Source: Capsulimonadaceae bacterium (GTDB taxonomy: Bacteria; Armatimonadota; Armatimonadia; Armatimonadales; Capsulimonadaceae). Taken from it: a stretch of 64,000 bases of DNA. Below, piece after piece: positions 36,472 to 46,731 of this stretch (positions within the stretch are counted from its first letter, which is position 1; the number at the start of each line of letters is the position of its first letter). Below the pieces are notes generated by a model. It saw nothing but the letters and a program-made list of their open reading frames with translations. It was not told the DNA's origin and did no database searches. The position numbers and the translations under genes were made by a program. The stretch lies in the NCBI GenBank assembly GCA_965215505.1, contig OZ244065.1, forward strand, positions 2,496,001 to 2,560,000, written 5' to 3'.

Positions 36472-37094
36472 CGCTCGCGGTGGGATTGCGGGCTGGGCTG
36501 AGGCTTGAAGCGGTTTCAATCGCCTGGATGGTGGTTGAGGCTTCTATATCGGTCGGGGCCGGCGTAGCCGCCGGGAGCCTGCTCCTAGCGGCGTTCGGCG
36601 TGGACAGCGTGATCGAGGTGATCTCGGCATCCCTGCTGTTCTGGCGTTTGCGCCGGGAGGCGGCGGGGCTGCTTCCTGGCGAAGAAGCCGTGGGGGCTAT
36701 GGAGCGGAGGGTTTCACGCGCCTCCGGGCTTCTGCTGTACGCCCTGAGCCTGTGTGTGACGATCATGGCTGTTTATGGCCTGACGCACCGGCATCGAGCA
36801 GGAACGTCTTGGCTAGGCATCGGTGTTGCTCTGATAGCCGGGTTCGGGATGCCCGTGCTGGCGAAGGCGAAAATCCGTGTCGCGGACGCTATCGGCAGCC
36901 GCGCCTTGCGGGCGGACGCGGTGGAGACGTTCACCTGCGGTTACCTGTCCTGGGCTTTGCTCGCGGGGCTTGCGGCGAATGCGGCCCTTCACTGGTGGTG
37001 GCTGGATGGTGCCGCCGCCCTGGCGATCGTCCCTCTCCTTGCCAAAGAAGGAAGAGAGGCCATGACCGGCGAATGTGGCTGTCACGGCGAATGA
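36468..37094 (+). CDS. Cation efflux (CDF-like) membrane protein
   Basis: GTGA-coupled; AFGVDSVIE; ALRADA; WWWLDG; KEGREA; C-terminal ECGCHGE. Confidence 0.8.
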   Translation: MTLAVGLRAGLRLEAVSIAWMVVEASISVGAGVAAGSLLLAAFGVDSVIEVISASLLFWRLRREAAGLLPGEEAVGAMERRVSRASGLLLYALSLCVTIMAVYGLTHRHRAGTSWLGIGVALIAGFGMPVLAKAKIRVADAIGSRALRADAVETFTCGYLSWALLAGLAANAALHWWWLDGAAALAIVPLLAKEGREAMTGECGCHGE

Positions 37095-37109
37095 ATTGAC
37101 TGCACGACT

Positions 37110-37517
37110 ATGACAAAGCCTGATGAACAATTGAAGCGCACACCATCGCTGTTGTGCCGCTGGTACGCCTCGCAGAAGGCGTCGCGGCTGGCGGCCGAGG
37201 TCTCGGAGTTCCGCACCGACGAAACCGGCCACACCGAGATGCCCCTGAGCCGGATGCGGCCCGGCGAGTTCGGCCACGTCCGCGGCCTGCTGCCCGGCTG
37301 CGAAGTGCGCGACCACCTGCTGGAACTGGGCTTCACTCTCGGTACGGAGATCACGGTCCTCCGGGTCGCCCCGCTCGGGGACCCCCTGACGGTGCGGATT
37401 CGCGGCTACCAGCTCTCCCTGCGCCGCCGTGAGGCCGAGGCGATCACGATGCGGCGCTGCCCGCCCGACTTCGACCTGTACGCGGACGATCCGGCGCTGG
37501 ATCAGGACGGTGTTTAA
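37110..37517 (+). CDS. feoA: Ferrous iron transport protein A
   Basis: LLELGF..G..I...RVAPLGDP...IRGYQLSLRR.EA. Confidence 0.9.
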   Translation: MTKPDEQLKRTPSLLCRWYASQKASRLAAEVSEFRTDETGHTEMPLSRMRPGEFGHVRGLLPGCEVRDHLLELGFTLGTEITVLRVAPLGDPLTVRIRGYQLSLRRREAEAITMRRCPPDFDLYADDPALDQDGV

Positions 37518-39649
37518 TGGCGGCCACTCCCGCCCCGTCGCCCGGCAAGGCGGCGGGCGCGACTCGACTCCCCCTCTACGCCCTCGTCGGCAACCCCAAC
37601 TGCGGCAAGACCACGGTCTTTAACGCCCTCACGGGTCTGCGCCAGAAGGTGGGCAACTACCCCGGCGTCACGGTGGAGAAGAAGGAAGGCCGCCTGCGCC
37701 TGCCCGGCGGCGACGCCTCGCTGATTGACCTGCCCGGCCTGTATTCGCTCACCCCGCGTTCCCCCGATGAGGCCATCGCCCGTGACGTTCTGCTCGGGCA
37801 CCGGTCGGACGTACCGCAGCCGGACGGCATCGTCCACGTCGTGGACGCCGCCAACCTAGAGCGCAACCTTTACCTCACCTCGCAGATATTAGATTTAGGT
37901 CTGCCCACCGTCATCGTCCTGACCATGACCGATGTGGCCGCGAAGAACGGCCATGCGGTGGACATCGCCGCTCTGGAAAAGACGCTGGGCGTCCCGGTGC
38001 GGCCCGTGCAGGTTTCTAAGAACGCGGGCATGGACGCACTGCGCGACGCGATCTCGGTCCTGCTTGGAACGCCCCCCCCGCCGCCGCGCGGCTGGGTGCT
38101 GCCGACCGACGCCGAGGTGGAGGTCGCCGAGCTGTCTCGGATGCTCCAGGACCAGCACGGTACGCCCGAGCGTCAGAGCGTGACCGAGGCCGTCGGCCTG
38201 CTGATGGCGGAGGGCCTGCGTCCCGAGGAAGAAGGCCGCTGGTCGGCCTCCGTCATGCGGCACGTCCAGAAGGACAAGAACAACCTGGCCGCATTGGGCA
38301 TCGACTTCCCCAGCGCGGTCGTCGAGTCCCGGTACGCCTGGGCGGGGCGTGTCGGGGCTAAAGTCGTCTCCAAGCCGCGCCGGGCGGCCCCCACCCTGAC
38401 GGACGCTTTGGACCGGGTCCTGATGCACCCGTTCTGGGGGTACGTCATCTTTTTCGGCGTGATGGCCTTCGTCTTCCAGACCATCTTCACCTGGGCGCAG
38501 GTCCCGATGAACTGGATCGGGTCGGGCGTCAGCCTCTTACAGACGTTCATCACCGCCCACATGCCCCCTGGCGACTTGCAGGACCTCCTGGTCAACGGCA
38601 TCATCGCGGGCGTCGGCACGACGGTCACGTTCCTGCCCCAGATATTGCTGCTGTTCTTCGCCATCGCCCTGCTGGAGGACACCGGCTACATGGCGCGGGC
38701 GGCCTTCCTGATGGACAAGATCATGTCCAAGGTGGGCCTGCACGGCAAGTCTTTTATCCCCCTGCTGTCGTCCTTCGCCTGCGCCATTCCGGGCATCATG
38801 GCGACGCGGACGATCGACGACCGCAAATCCCGGCTCGTCACCATCCTGGTCGCCCCGCTGATGTCCTGCTCGGCGCGCATCCCGGTCTACACCCTGATGA
38901 TCGCCGCCTTCATCCCGAACCGGCGCGTGCTGGGCGTCTTCACCCTGCCCGGCCTGACCATGATGGCGATGTACTTCCTGGGGATGGCGGCGGCCTTCGG
39001 CATGGCCTGGTTGTTCAAGAAGACACTGCTCCGGGGTGCCCCGCCCGTCTTCTTCCTGGAAATGCCCCCCTACCACAAGCCGTCCGCCCGGACCGTGCTG
39101 ATGACCATGCTCGAGCGGGCCTGGCTGTTCCTGCGCCGGGCGGGGACGGTGATCCTCTCGGTCAGCATCGTGCTGTGGTTCCTCTCGACCTACCCGAAGT
39201 CCCCAGCCGGGACGCCGCCCGCGCAGAGTCTCGCCTCCTCCTATGCCGGCACGGCGGGCCACGTCATCGAGCCGGTCATCCGGCCCCTGGGCTTCGACTG
39301 GCGCATCGGGGTCAGCCTGGTCTCGTCGTTCGTCGCCCGCGAGGTCTTCGTGTCTTCCATGGGGACGATCTACAGCGTCGGCGACAAGAACAGCACGACC
39401 GAGGAGGTGTCCAGCACCCTGAAGGACAAGCTGCGGGCCGACCCGCTGTTCTCGCCCCTGCTGGCCGTCTGCGTGATGATCTACTACGTCCTCGCCATGC
39501 AGTGCCTGTCTACGGTCGCCGTGGTCAAGCGCGAGACGAACGGCTGGACGTGGCCGCTGTTCATGACGGGCTACATGACCGCCCTGGCCTGGCTGGCGAC
39601 CTTCGCCGTGTACCACATCGGGCTGGCCCTCGGCTGGGGCACGCGATAG
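37517..39649 (+). CDS. feoB: Ferrous iron transport protein B
   Basis: GNPNCGKT; VGNYPGVTVE; DLPGLYSL; LEDTGYMARAAF; AREVFVS. Confidence 0.97.
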   Translation: MAATPAPSPGKAAGATRLPLYALVGNPNCGKTTVFNALTGLRQKVGNYPGVTVEKKEGRLRLPGGDASLIDLPGLYSLTPRSPDEAIARDVLLGHRSDVPQPDGIVHVVDAANLERNLYLTSQILDLGLPTVIVLTMTDVAAKNGHAVDIAALEKTLGVPVRPVQVSKNAGMDALRDAISVLLGTPPPPPRGWVLPTDAEVEVAELSRMLQDQHGTPERQSVTEAVGLLMAEGLRPEEEGRWSASVMRHVQKDKNNLAALGIDFPSAVVESRYAWAGRVGAKVVSKPRRAAPTLTDALDRVLMHPFWGYVIFFGVMAFVFQTIFTWAQVPMNWIGSGVSLLQTFITAHMPPGDLQDLLVNGIIAGVGTTVTFLPQILLLFFAIALLEDTGYMARAAFLMDKIMSKVGLHGKSFIPLLSSFACAIPGIMATRTIDDRKSRLVTILVAPLMSCSARIPVYTLMIAAFIPNRRVLGVFTLPGLTMMAMYFLGMAAAFGMAWLFKKTLLRGAPPVFFLEMPPYHKPSARTVLMTMLERAWLFLRRAGTVILSVSIVLWFLSTYPKSPAGTPPAQSLASSYAGTAGHVIEPVIRPLGFDWRIGVSLVSSFVAREVFVSSMGTIYSVGDKNSTTEEVSSTLKDKLRADPLFSPLLAVCVMIYYVLAMQCLSTVAVVKRETNGWTWPLFMTGYMTALAWLATFAVYHIGLALGWGTR

Positions 39650-39658
39650 GAGGAACGG

Positions 39659-40267
39659 ATGAGTACAGCAGTCTTAGAGGCACCGCGTTCGGTCACGGCT
39701 TCTTCAGCAGAAGACGTGGTGATCCCGCGCAAGAAGTGGACGCGGGATGAATGCCGCCGCCTCGTCGAAATGGGCCTGCTCGCGGCAGGGAAGTTCGAGC
39801 TGATCCACGGAGACATTATCCTCAAAATGACACAGCATGAGCGGCACATTTACGTCTGCAAGCAGGTCCAAAAAGCTCTGGAAGCCATCTTCGGCGTTGA
39901 CTATGTACGCCTCGCAAACCCGATCGCGATCGGCAGGCACGAGGAACCGGAGCCGGACGCGGCTGCGATGCACCGTCCTTTTGTAGACTACCTGCGTATG
40001 GGGACGCCTCTCCCGGCGGAAGTACGGCTGGCCGTGGAAGTCTCAGACAGTACGCTGCTCTGGGACTTGAACACAAAGAACGGGCAATATGGGAATGCAG
40101 GCATTCCTGAGTATTGGGTGGTGGACATCCCGAACCGGCTGCTGCACGTCTTCCGCGAGCCGACTGCTGACGGCTACGCTTCCGAGACGATCCTCACGCC
40201 CGAAGACGAAGTCCGCCCGCTCGCCGCCCCCGACTCCCCCGTCCGCGTCGCCGACCTGCTCCCCTGA
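39659..40267 (+). CDS. Uma2 family (DUF820) endonuclease
   Basis: FELIHG; EPEPD; AVEVSDST; YGNAGIPEYWVVD. Confidence 0.92.
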   Translation: MSTAVLEAPRSVTASSAEDVVIPRKKWTRDECRRLVEMGLLAAGKFELIHGDIILKMTQHERHIYVCKQVQKALEAIFGVDYVRLANPIAIGRHEEPEPDAAAMHRPFVDYLRMGTPLPAEVRLAVEVSDSTLLWDLNTKNGQYGNAGIPEYWVVDIPNRLLHVFREPTADGYASETILTPEDEVRPLAAPDSPVRVADLLP

Positions 40268-40307
40268 GGTATCCGCTTCACCGCTGGAAATAGAGGAGGG
40301 GGCAGAC

Positions 40308-40347
40308 AAAAAAAGCCGCCGCAGCAATCCCAAAGCGCTGCGGCGGC
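40308..40347 (-). terminator. Intrinsic terminator (minus strand)
   Basis: gccgccgcagc/gctgcggcggc hairpin with a T-run on the minus strand. Confidence 0.65.
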
Positions 40348-40434
40348 CGTCCTCACGAACTCTTACGAACTCGGAGAGACAAAGATAAGGAGATCACATC
40401 TGGTCTGACGACGCCGCCCGACCAAATGTTCCCT

Positions 40435-40858
40435 TTATCTAGGTTTAGTGCGGAAAATGTCTGCCGGGAATGGAGGCGGGGGTTGCGCTTGTTGGAGGCA
40501 TGACAGGGAACGGTATGGCATCAACCCCGTCGGGCCCATGCGGTTGACGGGGTTGTTTTGGGTGTAGCCGTAGAGGTTGATGCCCCCCGCGTAGCCGCTG
40601 GGATCCCGCGTCAGGAACCGCCCGCTCTGGGGGTCGTAGTGCCGGTTGGTGCAGAGGACCAGCCCCGTCTCGGTGTCGGTGTAGTAGCCCGCCTGCCCCC
40701 CGAAGCCCCACACGTCGGCGGGACCGGACCGCTTCTTTCCGAAGCCGTCATACAGGTCGGCGGACAGCAAGCCCCCGCTGGAGCCGACTCGCTGGGCGAC
40801 GTTGCCGCGCTCGTCGAAGGCGTAGAAGGCCGTGCCGCCGCCCGCGCCCTGCCGCTGA
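40435..40858 (-). pseudogene. RHS repeat-associated core fragment
   Basis: FYAFDERGNVAQR...YDGFG...GYYTDTETGL..C..RHYDP..GRFLTRDP.GY.GGINLYGY..NNPVN; the DPxG motif reads GPTG; the 5' end abuts a REP pair. Confidence 0.85.
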
Positions 40859-40861
40859 GGA

Positions 40862-40926
40862 AGGGCGAACACGAGGTTCGCGCCCTACAAGTCATTCCCG
40901 TAGGGGCGAACCTCGTGTTCGCCCTT
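40862..40926. repeat. Inverted GTAG-type REP pair
   Basis: agggcgaacacgaggttcgcgccctac ... gtaggggcgaacctcgtgttcgccct. Confidence 0.8.
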
Positions 40927-40979
40927 CTTGTCTGTGTTCCCCAGGTTGCCGTTTTCGCCCGACTTGCCGTGGCTCGGCC

Positions 40980-43109
40980 TTACTGGAAGGCCGCGCTGGC
41001 GAAGTCGAAGCGGACCTTTTTGGTCTTGGCAGAGTAGTATAAGGCGAAGTCACGCCCGAAGACCTTGCGGCTGACCGAGTACTCGAAGTCGCGGTAGCTG
41101 TCTATGACATACTCCTCGTAGGAGGAGACGATGCCGACGCCCCAGTTGTTGTTGATGCGGTAGTGGGCCGTGGCGAACAGGCTGCGGTCGCCGAGCGGCA
41201 GGCCGTAGCCACCGGAGAAGGCGACCGAGAGGCGCGGCAGCGGGTTGGTGAGGTAGGTGGCGGTGACGCGCTGCTGGGTACTGGACTTGAGCAGGGCCTC
41301 GAGCGGGTTGAGGCCGGACGAGGGCGTCCCGAGCTGCGAGAGCAGCGGGTCATAGCGATAGGTGTAGTTGAGCGAGAGCGAGTCCGACTTGCGGAAGGTG
41401 CGGGTGAGGCCGAGGCTGGCGCTGACGACGGGGGCCAGCTTGCTGTTCTGCGTACTCCAGACCTGGCCGACGGTGAGCGAGTCGGTGAGGTTGGTGCGCT
41501 TGTTGAGCTGTAAGGGCTGGGTGAAGAAGCGTATGTCTGCGGTGGTGTCGGAGACGGGGGTCGTGACCGTGCCGGTGTCCGGGGCGGTCTCGGTGACGGT
41601 GCCCCTCAGCAGCGAGAGGTCGGTTGAGTAATTGAAGATCGAGTGCCCCAATGTTTTGGGGTTGGTCTGGATGTAGGTGTTCAGGCTGTAGCTGCGGGCC
41701 GAGTAGCCGTCCGCGCCGGGGTCATTGCTGCCGGACGCGCTGGCGTTGACGGTGTAGCCGCTGAATTGGCGCGAGACGTTGGACGAGGCATACAGGCTGC
41801 GGTGGGCGGGATAGTCCACGAACATGTAGCCGGTCGTCACCGGGTCTATCTTCTGGGTGTGGTTCCACTGCGCGCCCCATTCGGAGCGGGTGATGCCGTT
41901 GACCAGGAACTGGCCCGTGCCGCCGCGCCCCGTCTGGTAGGTCTGTTCCAGGTCCAGGGCCAGGCCGTGGCGAACGCCCTGACTGCCGAAGAACGAGGCA
42001 CCCGTGGACAGGCTGTTGGCAATAGTCGCGCCGCTGACGGCGGCGTTCCGCAGGTAGACGGTGCCCTTGGAGTTGGGCGTCATGTTGTAGTAATACGGGA
42101 TGTTCAGGAACACGCCTTCCGACCCGAAGCCGAGGAGCTGCTGGCCGAAGATCTGGTCGGTGTTCATGGACATGACGTGGTAGGCCAGCGAGAGGAGCTT
42201 CTTGCCATCGCTGTAGATCGTCGCTCGCCGGAACTGAATCTGGTCGCCGGGGTCGGCGTTGATGCCGTGGGCGGACACGACGACGCGGCTGTCGGCGAGG
42301 TTCAGGAAGCGGTACGGGTTGGACACGAGCGGCAGGTCGGCGGGATCAACCGGCGCGGGCGCGGCCTCCAGGTCATTGCCGGTGACGGTGACGCTCTGGG
42401 CCTCACCGGCGAGGACGGCGGTCCCAGCCCAGTTCAGCAGGTCGTAGCGCAGCTCGGCGACGCGCAGGACGTGGCGGCCGCGCTGGAGCGTGGCGTGATG
42501 GGCGAGGACGAGCCGGGTCTGGAGGTCCACCTGGAGTGCGTCGGCCTTGATGTCCAGGCCCTTGTAGGAGAGGTGGGCGGAGCCGTTCTTGCCCTGCGCC
42601 TCGACGACGCGCGAGTCGGCGCTGTAGATGAGGTACTGGGGGCAGTCCAGGCGAATCCAGCGGGCGTCTTTGGAAAAAAGCGATTCCTTGTCTTCGGTGA
42701 ACTCGACCGTGGTGGTCCCCGCCGCCGACCCGGACGCCGCCGCGCCGAAAGACACGGCGGTGACGGTGGCGGTGCCCGACGAGGTGGCGCTGGTAAGCGA
42801 GATGCGAGCGACCCCCGACGTCGTCGAGGCGGTGTCCCCGGTGAGCGTGCCCAGCGTAGTCGTGAACCGGACCGGGGTATTGTTGGCGACGAGGCTGCCG
42901 CCCGCGTCCCGAACGGTGGCGGTGATGACCGTTGTACTCTTGCCGTCCGCGTAGATGATGTCCGGTGAGGCGGCGAGCGAGACGCTGGACAGGCCCGCCG
43001 CGCGCGCGGCGGTAGGCCGGAGCGCCGGAAGGAACGCCAGGACCACGAGGACGAACATCAAAAGGCGGGAGAGCGGGTCGGAGCAAGACCGAGCCGTACA
43101 AGGGCGCAT
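40980..43109 (-). CDS. Secreted protein with an invasin/Big_1-like Ig domain, an OstA-like region and a probable outer-membrane beta-barrel (LptD-like)
   Basis: Signal peptide; IYADGKSTTVITATVRD..G; IKADALQVDL..LRYDL; alternating aromatic beta-strands ending RFDFASAAFQ. Confidence 0.7.
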   Translation of the reverse strand: MRPCTARSCSDPLSRLLMFVLVVLAFLPALRPTAARAAGLSSVSLAASPDIIYADGKSTTVITATVRDAGGSLVANNTPVRFTTTLGTLTGDTASTTSGVARISLTSATSSGTATVTAVSFGAAASGSAAGTTTVEFTEDKESLFSKDARWIRLDCPQYLIYSADSRVVEAQGKNGSAHLSYKGLDIKADALQVDLQTRLVLAHHATLQRGRHVLRVAELRYDLLNWAGTAVLAGEAQSVTVTGNDLEAAPAPVDPADLPLVSNPYRFLNLADSRVVVSAHGINADPGDQIQFRRATIYSDGKKLLSLAYHVMSMNTDQIFGQQLLGFGSEGVFLNIPYYYNMTPNSKGTVYLRNAAVSGATIANSLSTGASFFGSQGVRHGLALDLEQTYQTGRGGTGQFLVNGITRSEWGAQWNHTQKIDPVTTGYMFVDYPAHRSLYASSNVSRQFSGYTVNASASGSNDPGADGYSARSYSLNTYIQTNPKTLGHSIFNYSTDLSLLRGTVTETAPDTGTVTTPVSDTTADIRFFTQPLQLNKRTNLTDSLTVGQVWSTQNSKLAPVVSASLGLTRTFRKSDSLSLNYTYRYDPLLSQLGTPSSGLNPLEALLKSSTQQRVTATYLTNPLPRLSVAFSGGYGLPLGDRSLFATAHYRINNNWGVGIVSSYEEYVIDSYRDFEYSVSRKVFGRDFALYYSAKTKKVRFDFASAAFQ

Positions 43110-43215
43110 GGTGGTTTCCTGAAAGGGACTCGCCCCGGCGTTAGGGCCGAGGCGGGTGGTTAGGGCTGCATGGAGAGGGGGACGAACTCGGGTCCGCCCC
43201 CTTTGGAAGACCGCG

Positions 43216-44202
43216 TTAGATGACCGGTGCGGCGGGCGGCGCACTGCTGGTGCCGCCGGTGAGGCCAGGCGGGCTGGGGGGGCCGCTGCTGCCGGTCCCC
43301 GTCGTCGTGGTGCCGGTCGAGCTGTTGTTATTGTTGCTGCTGTGGTGCGAGGAGCCAATGGCGATGCCGACGGCGGCAGCCAGCAAGATGCCCAGCAGGA
43401 TGGAGCCGCCGTTACTGTGGTGGCCACGCGCGTAGTCCGTGGACACCACGCGCTGGGGGACGGTGCCGTTCAGGGCCGAGACGATCTGGCCGGCCACGTC
43501 GTTGATGGCGCTCTGGAGGAGGGCATCGGAGTCGTCTCCGGGATTATAGGAGACGCCCTTTCCGGTGAAGACCAGCACACGGGCGGCCGTCCCCGTCGCC
43601 GAGTTGTAGAGGTTCGCGCTGACGGTCAGGGAGACATTGCGGGTGGCAGTGTCCGCTTGCAGCGACTCGATCGTGCCGATCAAATAGCCGTCGGTTCCCA
43701 CCTGGGCGGCGATCTTCTGCGTCTTTTGCGGATCATTGTAGGGCGGCTCCAGGTCGTTCTCGCTCAAGCCTTCCACGCGCGCCTCCTGCAAGGCGCGCTG
43801 AATCTGGGGCAGGGAAGGCGCGAAGCTGTTGGCCTTGTAGCGCCCGATGACGTTCAGGCGCATCTTGATGGCGTCTTCGACGCGCGCCCCGACTTGATCC
43901 GCATTGAAGCTGCTCGCCCCCGCTGCGGGGATGTTGCTGGCGAACGGGAACAGCAGGATCGAGTGGATCGGACCGGCCGCGACCGGCGACATCGGGATGC
44001 GGATGGTACTGCCGGCAGGCGGCGCGGGCGCGGCGGGGGCGGGGGCCTCCGGTGCGACCGGCGCGACCTGCTGCGCCCGGGCGGCGACCAGGAGGCCGCC
44101 GGGCGGGCAGAGCATGGCGGCGGCCAGCGCGAGCGCGAGGGTGCGCTTCGCGAAGGTGCGGACGCCCTTGCTCTGGGTGAACGTCTTGCAGTCGGTGAAC
44201 AT
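43216..44202 (-). CDS. Secreted CsgG/TolB-N-like domain protein with a C-terminal hydrophobic segment
   Basis: Signal peptide; ILLFPFA...KIAAQVGTDGYLIGTI; C-terminal GGSILLGILLAAAVGIAIG and GPPSPP. Alternative start at 44229. Confidence 0.65.
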   Translation of the reverse strand: MFTDCKTFTQSKGVRTFAKRTLALALAAAMLCPPGGLLVAARAQQVAPVAPEAPAPAAPAPPAGSTIRIPMSPVAAGPIHSILLFPFASNIPAAGASSFNADQVGARVEDAIKMRLNVIGRYKANSFAPSLPQIQRALQEARVEGLSENDLEPPYNDPQKTQKIAAQVGTDGYLIGTIESLQADTATRNVSLTVSANLYNSATGTAARVLVFTGKGVSYNPGDDSDALLQSAINDVAGQIVSALNGTVPQRVVSTDYARGHHSNGGSILLGILLAAAVGIAIGSSHHSSNNNNSSTGTTTTGTGSSGPPSPPGLTGGTSSAPPAAPVI

Positions 44203-44228
44203 GGATCTCTTCCTCTCGGTAACGCGCA

Positions 44229-46562
44229 TCAGTTCCGGGGCCGCCCGGCGAAGGTGCCCCGGCGCAGCGATGAAGCCCGGATCGCAGACCCCGTAGCACC
44301 CGTGATGTTCAGGGAGAGCGGGTCGCTGAAGACATACGGGTTGCTGAATCCCGCCTGGCCGTTGTCGGCGGAATTGCGCGCGCCGACCCGGTAGAAGAAG
44401 ACGGTCCCGCTGGGGAAGTCCGTCGTCAGGTTGATGTTGTTAAACACGACGGCCGTCCCGTTCGCGACGCTGATGCCGCCATTCTGGTTCGTCGGGAATT
44501 GCAGGGTCGCGGTGTAAGCTCCCGGCGCGGCCACATAGGTGTGGACGGTGGAGAAGCCGGGGTCGGTGCTGATTTGCAGGATGTAGTCGTTGGCACCGCG
44601 CGTTGCAGGCACAGTGACGTTGACGTTCGTGGCACCGGTCCCGGTGACCGCGTTGCCGAACGGGGCGACCGGCTCGATGTAGGTGACGTAGTTGGAGTTA
44701 CGCCGCCCGGTGAGCTGGAACGTCTCGCTGTGGCCCTGTGTGGTGGTAGTGCCCGTCGTGTTCTGGCCGGCCGTGTTCTGGCCGGTCGTGTTCTGGCCGC
44801 CGCCGCCCGTGGTGCCGCCGCCCGTAGTGCCCGTGCCGCCGCCCGTGGTGCCGTTGGTGTTGCCGGTGTTGTTCGTGTTCTGGCCGTTGTTGCCGGTCGT
44901 GCCGGGGTTGATCGTCCCCGTGTTGCCCGAGTTATAGGTGGAAGGCTGGATGTACAGCCCTTCAACCTGGTAGAAGACGCGCTGGCCGAATTGCAGTTCC
45001 GTGCCGGGGATCGGCGGCACGGTCGTGGTCGTCGTGGTCGTGGTCGTCGTGGTCGTCGTCGTGAAGACGAACCCGAAGCCTGCCCCGGTCAGCGTGACCA
45101 GAGTGCCGCTGTCAGAGGGGTCGGGCTTGGAGGCGGTCACGGACGCCTTCCCATTGAAGTCGTCGAAAACGAGCAGGTTGTTGTGGCCGGCCTGTGAGAG
45201 CAGGGGGATCTGGCCGAACCCGGACAGGCCCAGGATGCCTCCGGCGATGGTTGTCGTGTTGGTGCCCGTGTTGTTCGTGTTCGTGCCGTTGGTGTTGCTG
45301 TTGAAAATCGTGGTCGTCGTGGCCGAGTAGGCGGGCAGGCTGGCGAAGGAGGTCAGCGCGGCGGGCGCGTCACTCCGATAGACGTGGAACTCCAGGAAGT
45401 TGCTGTAGTCCACATTGCCCGTATCCGCCGTGATTCGGACAGCGACGGGGATGTAGCTGCTGTTCGGGAAGCCCACGGCGGGTACGCCGGTCAGGGAACC
45501 ACCGAGGTCCGACGACCTCCCGGAGACGGCGAGCACGCCTGAAACGCTCGCGCCGCCGAGCGAATGGGACCCACCGCCTGACTTGATGGCGCTCAGGAGC
45601 AGGCCGGCCGCGAGCAGAGCAACGAGGATGCCGCCGACGCCCTGGAAGGCGCTGTGGTGTACGGCAGTCGAGGGGGCGTCGGCGCCCACCTGCGCCGTGC
45701 TGGCGGTGACGAAACTGTGCGTCGCAGTGTCTATATGGTACTCAGGCAGTTGGTACAGGGCGGTCGCGCGGTCTTCGGGCTGAATGCCCTGGCCCTGATC
45801 CGTGATGACGGCCTCGGCGTCGTTGTTGGTGGCGCTGAAGATCCGGATACGCCCGGTGACGACGCCGTTACGGGACACCAGCATGTTCAGGCCGTTGTAC
45901 AGACCGTCCCGCGTGCCCTTGTTGAGCGTCACGGATTGGGTGTCGCGCCCAATCAGGACGGTCGCGACGGGGAGGCTGAATTTGCTGATCTGGCGGACGG
46001 CGTTGAAGGCGGCATTGCCGAACGCCTCGTTGACGAGCTGCTCCTCATCCGTGACGGGGATGGGGCGCTGGTTGGAATAGCCCTCGGCCAGCGCGCCGTT
46101 GAGCAGGAAGCCGGAGCGCGGGTCAAGGACACGAACGACCAGGCTGACTTTGGCCTGACGCCGGTCCCGCGAGAAGGAGACGGAGGCGATCTCCCCGGCG
46201 ACCATGCCCTGTACGCCCAGAGTCTGCCCCAGCCGCTCGATGCTGGTGAGGTTGAGGGGGGGAGTCAGATTGCTGTTCTGGATGCCGTTGAGCAGGTCCT
46301 GGCGGGGCAGGACGGCGTAGCGGTTGAGTTTCGCCAGTTCGACGACGAACGAGTCGGCGGCGAGCCGGCCGACATCGGTGCCGCCATACCCGGACGGGTT
46401 GGCGAAGTCCAGGACGGCCCAGGTGGGCTGGGGGGTGGCGAGTCCCTGTGCCCGCGCGGCGGGCGCGCGGAGCAGGAAGACGGCCAGAACGGGCAGTGCC
46501 ATCAGTACCGAGAGCAGTAGACTGAGGGGCCGCGCGCTCCAATGCTGTTTCAAATGTTTCAC
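44229..46562 (-). CDS. Secreted CsgG/FlgT-like protein with an internal hydrophobic helix, Thr/Gly-rich linkers and FN3-like domains
   Basis: WAVLDFAN...LGQTLGVQGMVAGEI; VTLNKGTRDGL (FlgT-C-like); GILVALLAAGLLLSAI; poly-Thr; FFYRVGARN. Confidence 0.7.
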   Translation of the reverse strand: MKHLKQHWSARPLSLLLSVLMALPVLAVFLLRAPAARAQGLATPQPTWAVLDFANPSGYGGTDVGRLAADSFVVELAKLNRYAVLPRQDLLNGIQNSNLTPPLNLTSIERLGQTLGVQGMVAGEIASVSFSRDRRQAKVSLVVRVLDPRSGFLLNGALAEGYSNQRPIPVTDEEQLVNEAFGNAAFNAVRQISKFSLPVATVLIGRDTQSVTLNKGTRDGLYNGLNMLVSRNGVVTGRIRIFSATNNDAEAVITDQGQGIQPEDRATALYQLPEYHIDTATHSFVTASTAQVGADAPSTAVHHSAFQGVGGILVALLAAGLLLSAIKSGGGSHSLGGASVSGVLAVSGRSSDLGGSLTGVPAVGFPNSSYIPVAVRITADTGNVDYSNFLEFHVYRSDAPAALTSFASLPAYSATTTTIFNSNTNGTNTNNTGTNTTTIAGGILGLSGFGQIPLLSQAGHNNLLVFDDFNGKASVTASKPDPSDSGTLVTLTGAGFGFVFTTTTTTTTTTTTTTVPPIPGTELQFGQRVFYQVEGLYIQPSTYNSGNTGTINPGTTGNNGQNTNNTGNTNGTTGGGTGTTGGGTTGGGGQNTTGQNTAGQNTTGTTTTQGHSETFQLTGRRNSNYVTYIEPVAPFGNAVTGTGATNVNVTVPATRGANDYILQISTDPGFSTVHTYVAAPGAYTATLQFPTNQNGGISVANGTAVVFNNINLTTDFPSGTVFFYRVGARNSADNGQAGFSNPYVFSDPLSLNITGATGSAIRASSLRRGTFAGRPRN

Positions 46563-46731
46563 GAGATGGAGTTCCTCCTAGAAATCGTCCTAAACTTTCG
46601 CCGCCCGCCGGACCAAGAAAAAGATCGGCGCGGGCGGCTTCGATGTCCAATGATTGCCGGCCCTCCCCCGCCCTGGCACGCGCCGGGGCGGGGGAGAGTA
46701 ATGAGACCGTCGGAGCGGCTCTCGGTCCGCT

